Source: Chitinophagales bacterium (GTDB lineage Bacteria; Bacteroidota; Bacteroidia; Chitinophagales; CAVYQA01). From it: a stretch of 64,000 bases of DNA. Positions within the stretch are counted from its first letter, which is position 1, and each line of letters starts with the position of its first letter. A program made the translations under genes and the position numbers. The notes under the pieces were generated by a model that did no database searches, was not told the origin of the DNA, and saw only the letters and a program-made list of their open reading frames with translations. The stretch is taken from positions 1,792 through 65,791 of the forward strand of contig CAVYQA010000025.1 of NCBI GenBank assembly GCA_963770495.1, given 5' to 3'. This document shows positions 49,479-58,511 of the stretch, piece after piece.

Positions 49479-50348
49479 TTAAAAATGAACCAGTTTTATA
49501 TTATCCAGATAAACCTGTCCTACAGGTGTTCCGGCGGGCAGAGTGACATTAAACGCTACCTGGTAAACACTTGCATCAACCGATGCTATATAAGGGGTTA
49601 AATCAATATATATTTTATTCCAATTGCTTATAGGATTAATCTGTTCAAACCAATTGTCCACAGTATCACCTGATGTAATGCCTATTAATCCGATATTAAA
49701 AGGAATGTTGCACATATAATCCATTTCAACATATACGGGTCCTGAAGAAGGTAATGAGTCGGCATTGATTGTTTCACCCTGGTAAACAGGATGATTAGCA
49801 TCAACACAAATATAGCCGCAATATTTACCATATTTTACTTCAGGCGAATTAGTCAGCCTGATGAGCGTAGTGTCGCTGCCGTCAAACGTGTGAAAATTAT
49901 TTCCGTTTTCAAAATCAGTTATAAATGAGAATAGGGTGTTCGGGCGGTAGGTAAAATGCGGAATAAATGAAGAGGTATGTCCTGCCTGGAGATTGACCGT
50001 CATTGTGTCATCGGTATAAAACGGGTAGACAACACGGGTCTCCTGGAGCCCGTTATCTTCAATGCCGGGGCTAAGCTGAATTAATGTTCCGCCTTGGGCA
50101 AGTATAGGGAACAATGCCGGAACGTTGTAAACCCCGATGGGATTATTATTATAGTATGCCCAAACATTAGTAATATTTGAAGTAGGATATCCCTGCTTAA
50201 AAAGGTTGTCGGAAAAGGTTACAGAATCAACGGAGAGGTAAGCCGGCACAGAGGTGTCGGGCTGAAATGTATTACAGGAAGTCAACTGGTAAAACATTAT
50301 ACCGCTAATCAGATAAATTATGATTTTTTTAAACGTAAACAGTGACAC
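49479..50348 (-). CDS. Hypothetical lipoprotein, paralog 1
   Basis: Signal peptide with LTSC lipobox; same motifs as neighbour. Confidence 0.85.
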   Translation of the reverse strand: MSLFTFKKIIIYLISGIMFYQLTSCNTFQPDTSVPAYLSVDSVTFSDNLFKQGYPTSNITNVWAYYNNNPIGVYNVPALFPILAQGGTLIQLSPGIEDNGLQETRVVYPFYTDDTMTVNLQAGHTSSFIPHFTYRPNTLFSFITDFENGNNFHTFDGSDTTLIRLTNSPEVKYGKYCGYICVDANHPVYQGETINADSLPSSGPVYVEMDYMCNIPFNIGLIGITSGDTVDNWFEQINPISNWNKIYIDLTPYIASVDASVYQVAFNVTLPAGTPVGQVYLDNIKLVHF

Positions 50349-50384
50349 ATTAAGTATTTAAACGATAAAATAATTATTTAGTAT

Positions 50385-51365
50385 CTACGATGGATTATTT
50401 TTTTCAATCCGGTCAAGAATCTGGTACGCTACATTCATAGCATTGCAGCCATCGAGCATAGTGACAGGGGTTTCCTTATCATGAAGAATAGCATCTATAA
50501 ATAATTCCAATTCCATTTTAATAGAGTTTATAGGTAAAATTTCAGGACGGTCGAAAGTAATGTACTTTGTTTCACCGTCTTTACCCGTATTAATTTCAAG
50601 AGAAAAAGGGTTAGTGCTATCGCGCGAATCCGAAAGCCGCACAATTTCCGATTTTTTTTCAGAAAAATCTATACTTATGTAAGCATCTCTTTGAAAAATA
50701 CGCATCTTGCGCATGACCTTTAACGAAATGCGGCTGGCTGTAATATTAGCCACACAACCATTATCAAATTCGATACGCGCATTGGCAATATCGGGGGAAT
50801 TGCTGATAACAGCTACCCCGCTGGCACTGATTCGTTTTACCGGCGATTTTACAATTTGCAGAATGATGTCTATATCATGTATCATCAAATCAAGGACGAC
50901 AGCCACATCTGTGCCGCGCGGGTTAAACTGTGCCAAACGGTGTGTTTCTATAAATACCGGGCGAAGGTCATAATTCTTAACCGATAAAAATGCGGGATTA
51001 AAGCGCTCCACATGTCCCACTTGCGCTTTTACGTGCGCTTCTTCAACAAAAGCAAGCAACTGGCGGGCTTCTTCAAGCGTATTGGTGAGCGGTTTTTCAA
51101 TAAAAATATGTTTCGATTTTTTTATGGCTTGCGATGCTAACTCAAAATGAGTGGAGGTTGGTGTTACAATGTCCACCGCCTCAACTTCATTAAGCAATGA
51201 ATCTATATCCGGAAAGCGTTTTACGCCAAGTTCTTTTTCAACGGCAATAGCTGTAGCTTCGTTCAAATCGTAAAATCCGACCAGAGAAGCATCTTTTATT
51301 TCCTTCAATAACTTGATGTGAACTTTACCGAGATGACCGGCACCAAGCACCCCGATTTTTACCAT
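50385..51365 (-). CDS. Gfo/Idh/MocA family oxidoreductase
   Basis: GAGHLG, EKP, GHVERFNP, DLMIHD. Confidence 0.93.
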   Translation of the reverse strand: MVKIGVLGAGHLGKVHIKLLKEIKDASLVGFYDLNEATAIAVEKELGVKRFPDIDSLLNEVEAVDIVTPTSTHFELASQAIKKSKHIFIEKPLTNTLEEARQLLAFVEEAHVKAQVGHVERFNPAFLSVKNYDLRPVFIETHRLAQFNPRGTDVAVVLDLMIHDIDIILQIVKSPVKRISASGVAVISNSPDIANARIEFDNGCVANITASRISLKVMRKMRIFQRDAYISIDFSEKKSEIVRLSDSRDSTNPFSLEINTGKDGETKYITFDRPEILPINSIKMELELFIDAILHDKETPVTMLDGCNAMNVAYQILDRIEKNNPS

Positions 51366-51517
51366 CTTTTATCGTTTAGTGAATGAATAATCTTTTTTAG
51401 TCGGGCAAAAATAATCAAATTTGCGCTGCATTTTTAAATTGCCGCTTAACATTTTATTTCGACAAATGCTTATCATTGCTGATTCTTTATAAATCTATAA
51501 ATAAATTTGGTTACCTA

Positions 51518-53569
51518 ATGCTCGACAAAGATCTGTACCTGAAAGCTTATGAGCTGATGTGTTGTGTGAAATACATGGCGCAGACCTATGACGACAACCG
51601 CCCAATCTGCAAATATGTGCACAGCACATCGCGCGGACATGAGGCTATACAGATTGCCATGGGATTTCAGCTAAAGCCGTGGGATTACATTTCGCCTTAT
51701 TACAGGGATGAATCTATGTTATTGGCTATTGGCTACAAGCCCTACGAACTGATGCTGCAATTGCTTGCCAAACGCGATGACCCTTTTTCGGGCGGAAGAA
51801 GTTATTACTCCCACCCCTCTTCAAAACGCGCTGATTTTCCAAAAATTCCACATCAGTCAAGCGCCACCGGAATGCAGGCAATTCCCACGACAGGCATGGC
51901 GCAGGGCATTCAGTATCTCGAAAAAAGAGAATTGCTTAATACGCCTGATAAGCCCGTAATTGTTTGCTCGCTTGGCGATGGTGCTGTTACTGAGGGCGAA
52001 GTGAGTGAGGCATTTCAGTTTGCCGTGCTTAAAAATTTGCCGATAATCTATCTTATACAGGATAATAACTGGGGCATTTCTGTAAGCGCTGATGAAATGC
52101 GCAGCATGGACGCTTATGAATATGCAGCAGGTTTTAAAGGCATGAAACGCGTGCGTGTGGATGGCAGCGATTTTTATTTATCGTATAGCTGCCTGAAAGA
52201 ACAAATTGCCTATGTGCGCGAACAACGAGGCCCTGTATTAATTCACGCAAAAGTTCCACTGCTGGGGCATCATACCTCCGGTGTGAGAAAAGAATGGTAT
52301 CGCTCTCCAGAAAACCTTGCAGCCCATTTTGCAAATGACCCTCTGCCCAAACTGAAAAAGTTTTTATTGCAGATTGAGGTGAGTGAGGATGTGCTTAATA
52401 AAATTGATGAAGAAGCGAAAGAGCAGATAGAACAGGATTTTAATGCCGCCGTTAATGCCCCCGACCCTTCCCCTGAAAGTGTGATGCTGCATGAATTCGC
52501 CCCGACTCCCATTATTGAAGAAAGTGGCAACCGCACACCTGAAGGGCGCGAAAAGGTGGTTATGGTGGATTCCGCGCTTCACGCCGTAGATGAAATTTTA
52601 CGTACGACACCTGAATCCATTTTTTTCGGGCAAGATGTAGGAAGACGGCTTGGCGGTGTTTTTCGTGAGGCTGCAACATTGGCTGAAAAATATGGCGATG
52701 ATCGTGTCTTCAACACTGCTATACAGGAAGCCTATATTGTTGGTTCATGTGCGGGGTTATCGGCCGTCGGTGTAAAGCCTATTGTTGAAATTCAATTTGC
52801 CGATTATATATGGACAGGTGTTAACCAATTGGTAACAGAGTTATCCAAGTCGTGTTACCTTACTATGGGTAAGTATCCTATTCAGGCGCTTATTCGTATT
52901 CCTATTGGCGCTTATGGCGGCGGCGGTCCGTATCATTCGGGTTGTATTGAATCGAGCATTCTCGCGGTAAGAGGAATAAAAGTGTGTTATCCCTCCAACG
53001 CTGCCGACTTAAAAGGATTGATAAAGGGTGCCTTTTACGACCCCAACCCTGTAGTTATGTTCGAACATAAAGGATTATACTGGAGCAAAGTGCCAGGCAC
53101 TGAAGATGCCAAAACCATTGAGCCGGATGAAAATTATATTCTTCCTCTCGGCAAAGCAGCCATTACGCAATACGCCTCTGATGAAGAAATTGCTAACGGT
53201 AATTCCCTCGTTATAATAACTTACGGCATGGGCGTTTATTGGGCGCGAAATGCAAGCAAACAATTTGCGGGCAGTGTTGAGATTGTTGATTTGCGCACTC
53301 TTAATCCTTTGGATGAAGAGCTTATTTATTCTTCCGTAAAACGACATGGTAAATGTATTGTGCTAACTGAAGAGCCGCTTAAAAATTCATTTACCGAAGC
53401 GCTTGCAGGAAAAATAAGTTCTACCTGTTTTCAATATCTTGATGCGCCTGTGCAGATGATTGGCGCGAAACCATTACCCGCCGTGGGTTTAAGTGTTATA
53501 CTTGAAAAAGCCATGCTGCCAAATGCGGATATGGTGGCGGAAAGGGTTGGGGAGCTTTTGAGGTACTAA
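51518..53569 (+). CDS. 2-oxoacid dehydrogenase E1 alpha/beta fusion
   Basis: GHEA, YYRD, TPP motif GDGA...NN, GQDV...GGVFR, EIQFADY; TAAATTTG at 51502 favours ATG 51518. Confidence 0.93.
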   Translation: MLDKDLYLKAYELMCCVKYMAQTYDDNRPICKYVHSTSRGHEAIQIAMGFQLKPWDYISPYYRDESMLLAIGYKPYELMLQLLAKRDDPFSGGRSYYSHPSSKRADFPKIPHQSSATGMQAIPTTGMAQGIQYLEKRELLNTPDKPVIVCSLGDGAVTEGEVSEAFQFAVLKNLPIIYLIQDNNWGISVSADEMRSMDAYEYAAGFKGMKRVRVDGSDFYLSYSCLKEQIAYVREQRGPVLIHAKVPLLGHHTSGVRKEWYRSPENLAAHFANDPLPKLKKFLLQIEVSEDVLNKIDEEAKEQIEQDFNAAVNAPDPSPESVMLHEFAPTPIIEESGNRTPEGREKVVMVDSALHAVDEILRTTPESIFFGQDVGRRLGGVFREAATLAEKYGDDRVFNTAIQEAYIVGSCAGLSAVGVKPIVEIQFADYIWTGVNQLVTELSKSCYLTMGKYPIQALIRIPIGAYGGGGPYHSGCIESSILAVRGIKVCYPSNAADLKGLIKGAFYDPNPVVMFEHKGLYWSKVPGTEDAKTIEPDENYILPLGKAAITQYASDEEIANGNSLVIITYGMGVYWARNASKQFAGSVEIVDLRTLNPLDEELIYSSVKRHGKCIVLTEEPLKNSFTEALAGKISSTCFQYLDAPVQMIGAKPLPAVGLSVILEKAMLPNADMVAERVGELLRY

Positions 53570-53711
53570 GTGACAGTTTGAAGGGTTTAAAGGTTAAAAG
53601 GTTTTTTGAATTTCGAATAATGAAATACTTAACTTCTCCATTCGCAATTCAATATTCTGCTGTTCATAATTCAATTTTACCACTCTTTGTACCTCTATGT
53701 TAAAAATACAC

Positions 53712-54191
53712 TCATCTTCCCTTTGCTTTTTCTCCATGCAATGTCATTATAGTGCTTGTAACAGTGGCAATTAGTTTACCGTCTTCCATCCGTATAATAT
53801 CGCAGCTATAATAGCTGATAGTTCTACTGCCATTAATAAGATGCGATACTGCTTTAATTTTTCCATTCCGCATAGGACGGAAGAAATTTATTTTTAAATC
53901 AATACTGGTAAAAGATTCGTCATTTTTTAATGTGCTCCAGTGCGCACATCCGATGGCGGCATCGGCAATATCACAAAGCACTCCACCGTGAAGAGTTCCC
54001 ATAGGATTAGCATGGATAGAACTATCTGATTCCATTTCCATAGTGGCGCTTGGTTCGGCAGTAATATTTGTAAGCCGGAATCCAAGTAATTTAGCTATGG
54101 GCGGCGGAAAGGTAAAACCAGGTCTTGCATCTTTTGGCATCGAGCCGCAAGTGAAAACGGCTTTCATTAATTCAAAATTTGACAGTGACAT
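53712..54191 (-). CDS. PaaI family thioesterase
   Basis: NPMGTLHGG..DIAD, INFFRP. Confidence 0.92.
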   Translation of the reverse strand: MSLSNFELMKAVFTCGSMPKDARPGFTFPPPIAKLLGFRLTNITAEPSATMEMESDSSIHANPMGTLHGGVLCDIADAAIGCAHWSTLKNDESFTSIDLKINFFRPMRNGKIKAVSHLINGSRTISYYSCDIIRMEDGKLIATVTSTIMTLHGEKAKGR

Positions 54192-54331
54192 AGTAACATT
54201 AATTTGGATTTCAAATATAGGATGATTGGGGAAATTTTAATCTAATTCTTATTTGCAACAAAGCTAATGCACATTTAAATTGTTAACATAAATAATAAAA
54301 ATTATTTTCCGAATTTTATATATTTGTGCGC

Positions 54332-54435
54332 TGCAATTGAGAAAAGGCTAGGTTAATTACCGGTTGTTTTGCGCTTACTGGAACCTGCCTTTTGTCGTAA
54401 GCCCTCGCAAGGTTTCGTGAGGGCTTATTGATTTT
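54332..54435 (+). ncRNA. Candidate small RNA (promoter-hairpin-terminator unit)
   Basis: TATATTTG at 54319; stem AAAAGGC/GCCTTTT + AGGTT/AACCT + CCGGT/ACTGG; terminator TAAGCCCTCGC/GTGAGGGCTTA. Confidence 0.5.
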
Positions 54436-54566
54436 ATAGCGTTGATGAAGTACCATATCCCTCACACCTTATATCCACAACCAACGTTTATAACTGAATA
54501 TGCTTAAACATTGAATGTAAGCAGATAAAAAGTAAATTTGCCTTTGCAGGATAACTATTGTAATTA

Positions 54567-55986
54567 ATGAAAAAATTTATACCGCTCATTTGCAGTTTAT
54601 TTTTGCTTGCAGGGCTACCGGCAAAAGCGCAAACGTATGAATTGTGGGGCATGACGTATCGGGGAGGGCTGAATGACGCCGGTACTATAATGCACATTAA
54701 TGAAACTGTATTAGATACCTCCAGCGTTGAATTAGCCTATTCTTTCAGTACGCCCACCGGTGAATATCCAACGGGCAATCTTTTATACGGCAAGGACAGC
54801 ATCTTCTATGGTATGACAACATATGACGGCGCAGACAGCGAAGGGGTGTTATTCAGCTTTAACCCCGTGACAGGAATTTATACTGACCTTGTAGATTTTG
54901 ACGGACCGAATGGTTCATATCCTAATGGCAGTCTTGTTCAGGATACTGCCAGCGGCGTATTGTATGGAATGACATCACAGGGAGGCGCTCATAATTTCGG
55001 GGTAATATTCAGTTATAATCTCCATAGTGATACACCATACACTGATCTGCATGATTTTGACAGTGTAAGAGGCGAAATGCCTTTAGGAAATTTACTACTG
55101 GCAAATAACTCTACCCTATACGGTATGACTTCATTGGGAGGCATTAACAACGATGGTGTGATTTTTAATTATAATCCAGTCACACATGGTATAATAAAAC
55201 TTTATGATTTTAATGATACTTTGGGAATGCTGCCAACCGGCGCTCTTATACAAGACAGCAATTCATTATATGGAATGACTCCTTATGGCGGCGCAAATGA
55301 TGACGGTGTTCTTTTTAGTTTTAATTTATCTGATAGTACCTATACCGACCTTCTTGATTTTAATTATGCAAACGGCTCAAATCCCGCAGGCAGTCTTTTT
55401 AAGGCATCAAATGGGGAATTATATGGAATGACGGAAAATGGTGTTGACAGTGTTTCTGACGGAGTACTATTCAGTTATAATCCCGATAGCAATAGTTATT
55501 CAATTCTGTATGTCTTTTATAATGACTCGGTAGGAGCAACTCCTTCCGGCAGTTTTATACAAGCTCACGATGGTAAGCTATATGCCACCACACAATCGGG
55601 CGGCACACATTATAACGGGGTAATATTCAGCTATGCTCCTGATAGTAATATATATACCGATGTATTTAATCTTAACAATGCCCTTGCCGGAACGCCCCAT
55701 GGCAACCTTACTGAAACGCCATATATAATGGGTGCAACAGGTATTGCAGTTGTTACTAAAAATCAATATTCTATCTTTCCTAACCCCAGCAGACGGGTTA
55801 ATAACTGTTATAAGTCCGACTATAATAAGCACTGTAAGAATTACTAATTTATTAGGTCGTGTTATTTATACATCAACACCAAAGCAAAATAATTTAACCC
55901 TTAACATTAAGGAAACAGGAATGTATTTTATAACCCTTACTTCCGATACCCAAACAACAACAAGCAAAATAATTATAAGCAAATAA
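54567..55986 (+). CDS. GloVer-repeat T9SS cargo protein; frameshift at ~55793
   Basis: YGMT..GG repeats; removing the A in CAGACGG gives IFPNPSSGLITV...GMYF...SKIIISK CTD. Confidence 0.88.
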
Positions 55987-56140
55987 TATGTTTTATTTAT
56001 TGCTTTATTTTTTCAGAATAAACCTTTTGATGCAATTCCCTTCTAACCTATCAATAATAAATACCGGATGTAAAAGTAGTTTATGATTTAACAAACACAA
56101 TTAAACTTTCGTAGCTTTAATTCGTGAAAAACATAACCGA

Positions 56141-58495
56141 ATGAAAAAAATAGTTACTCTTTTCATAATTCTTCTTACCGGTTTTATGAGCCATGCACAG
56201 GAATATAACCGCATAGACACAATACCTGTTTATAACTACGGGAGAAAATTAGTCTTCCCGTGGGTGGGCGGCATAAACAGCCCCCAGTTTTCACCTGCCA
56301 ATCTTGTGAGCCAGGGGGTTTCTCTTCTTGTGATATTCGACCGTTGCGGCAACCATTTTTATACCTTTTTAAACGAGGGCATACCGGATTCGGCGTCTTA
56401 TATATATGCACCGCAGTATGAAAAAAATTTCCCTGCCTGTCAGAATTTTGCACTTCTTCGCGATTACAACTGTGACGGTATTCCCGATATTTTTAGCAGC
56501 ACCGACGACGGTATTGATGTATACAGGGGTTTTTACAATGAAAATAATGAATTGGATTTTACCCTGGCGAGCCCGCAATTAACATTTCCGTTTTTATACA
56601 ATACAGGACTTGCTCCATCAAATGTTTATGTACCGGGCTCAGATTTGCCCGCTATTGATGATATTGACGGGGATGGCACAATGGGTATATTAGCGTTCGG
56701 CACTTTCGGCGGATTTATTAATTATTACAGAAATACATCTGAAGATTCAGGCTGGGGCTGCGACAGTCTCAGATATGTTTGGCAATCGGGCTGCTGGGGA
56801 AAAGTGTTTGATAATTACTGGCTGACAATGCTTTTGAATACCTGTAAGGGCTTCCTGGGTTCTCCCCGACCGCAGGGTAAAAGTGGCCCTGACCAGGTGG
56901 AACACCATGCAGGTAATACGCTTTGTACGTTTGACGAAGATTCAAGCGGGCATAAATCGGCATTGTGGGGAGGTCTTACCTTTTCTTCTACTGTTTTTAT
57001 TCACGATGCAGGATTTCCCGATACGTTTTACGTTGACTGGCAGGATACTACTTTTCCTTCATACAATGTGCGCGATTCAATAAGAAGCTGGCCCGCCGCC
57101 TTTTCTCTCGATGTGAATAATGACGGATATAAAGACTTATTGTTTGCACCCAATTATACATTTGGCGCACAGGATTTTAATTGTGTGCATTATTACAAGC
57201 AAATACCGAGCTTATACAATTATACCGGCACTAAATACAAGCAATATTACCAATATCAAAATGATTCCTTGTTTTCAAAAGATATGATTGACGTGGGTTC
57301 GGGCTCCGCCCCCGCATTCTTCCACTACTTTAACGGTGACGATACCGTGTATGACCTTGTTATTGGGAGTATAGGTAGTTATAATATTAATGCCATTCCC
57401 AATGGTCGCCTTACTTTATATAGGAACACCGGTTCGCGTAATCACCCCGTGTTTCAATTAGTGAGCAAAGATTTTGATTCTATTTCTAATTATCTGCTAT
57501 CGGCTGTTGTGCCTGCATTTGGCGACTTGCGCGGCACGGGCGCTGAAGATATGATACTTGGAAATAGTGAGGGTGACTTGTATTATTTTGAAAATGTGGC
57601 TGACATGGGACATCCCGCTCAATATGTGCTTCCCAATGGCGTTGAAGCAGGGCAGAACTACGATGGCATTTCTGTTGCCAGCGGGTATAGCGCCCCTCAA
57701 CTGGTTGATGTGGATGGTGATGGGTTGCTTGACCTTATCATCGGCTGCCAGAACGGAACACTTTCTTATTACCATAATGATGGAACTGCAAGCTCACCAA
57801 AATTTGACCTTGTTTCTTCCAATTGGGGGAGCGTAAATGTGTCGCATTACGATACGTCTTATTATACTTCTTACGATACTATTAACGATACGCCTTATGT
57901 TTATATAGATACTATTATATATACATATTCCGGGTACAGCCATCCTTTTCTTTATCACGATTCCATAGGCAAACTTGTGTTATTAGTGGGTACAAATTAC
58001 GAAGGCACTATATTCCGCTACGACAGCATTGAGAAAAATATAAACGGAGGAACGTTCGTGTTAACTAATACTTCTTTTGCCAATATTGAAACCGGGTTTG
58101 AAACACAATGCGCAATTTCAGGTGCAAGCATTTTTGGCAAAGCTAATCCTGAAATTGCCGTAGGTAATTATCGCGGAGGCGTAACAATTTATACTACCGG
58201 CGGAGGACCTACGGGCATTCAACAGGTGCAAAAACTATGGATGAACTGCGTTCTGTATCCAAATCCTTCCGATAATGAAATTACAATTAATATGCCCGGC
58301 GTAGCTAATACCGATATTGTTAATATAGATGTGGAAGATGAATTAGGGCGCATGGTTCTTTCTCATTCTTATGAAAATCAACAAATGCAAATATCTATGC
58401 AAGTGTCGCAACTTCCGGCAGGGTTATATTTTTGCCACATCACCATAGGAAATGATTTTGTTGTACGTAAATTCATTGTTACTCGTAGAGATTAA
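56141..58495 (+). CDS. FG-GAP/VCBS-repeat T9SS cargo protein
   Basis: DYNCDGIPD, DIDGDG, DVNNDGYKD, DVDGDGLLD; LYPNPS...KFIV CTD. Confidence 0.9.
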   Translation: MKKIVTLFIILLTGFMSHAQEYNRIDTIPVYNYGRKLVFPWVGGINSPQFSPANLVSQGVSLLVIFDRCGNHFYTFLNEGIPDSASYIYAPQYEKNFPACQNFALLRDYNCDGIPDIFSSTDDGIDVYRGFYNENNELDFTLASPQLTFPFLYNTGLAPSNVYVPGSDLPAIDDIDGDGTMGILAFGTFGGFINYYRNTSEDSGWGCDSLRYVWQSGCWGKVFDNYWLTMLLNTCKGFLGSPRPQGKSGPDQVEHHAGNTLCTFDEDSSGHKSALWGGLTFSSTVFIHDAGFPDTFYVDWQDTTFPSYNVRDSIRSWPAAFSLDVNNDGYKDLLFAPNYTFGAQDFNCVHYYKQIPSLYNYTGTKYKQYYQYQNDSLFSKDMIDVGSGSAPAFFHYFNGDDTVYDLVIGSIGSYNINAIPNGRLTLYRNTGSRNHPVFQLVSKDFDSISNYLLSAVVPAFGDLRGTGAEDMILGNSEGDLYYFENVADMGHPAQYVLPNGVEAGQNYDGISVASGYSAPQLVDVDGDGLLDLIIGCQNGTLSYYHNDGTASSPKFDLVSSNWGSVNVSHYDTSYYTSYDTINDTPYVYIDTIIYTYSGYSHPFLYHDSIGKLVLLVGTNYEGTIFRYDSIEKNINGGTFVLTNTSFANIETGFETQCAISGASIFGKANPEIAVGNYRGGVTIYTTGGGPTGIQQVQKLWMNCVLYPNPSDNEITINMPGVANTDIVNIDVEDELGRMVLSHSYENQQMQISMQVSQLPAGLYFCHITIGNDFVVRKFIVTRRD

Positions 58496-58511
58496 TTTTA
58501 AACCGAAATTC

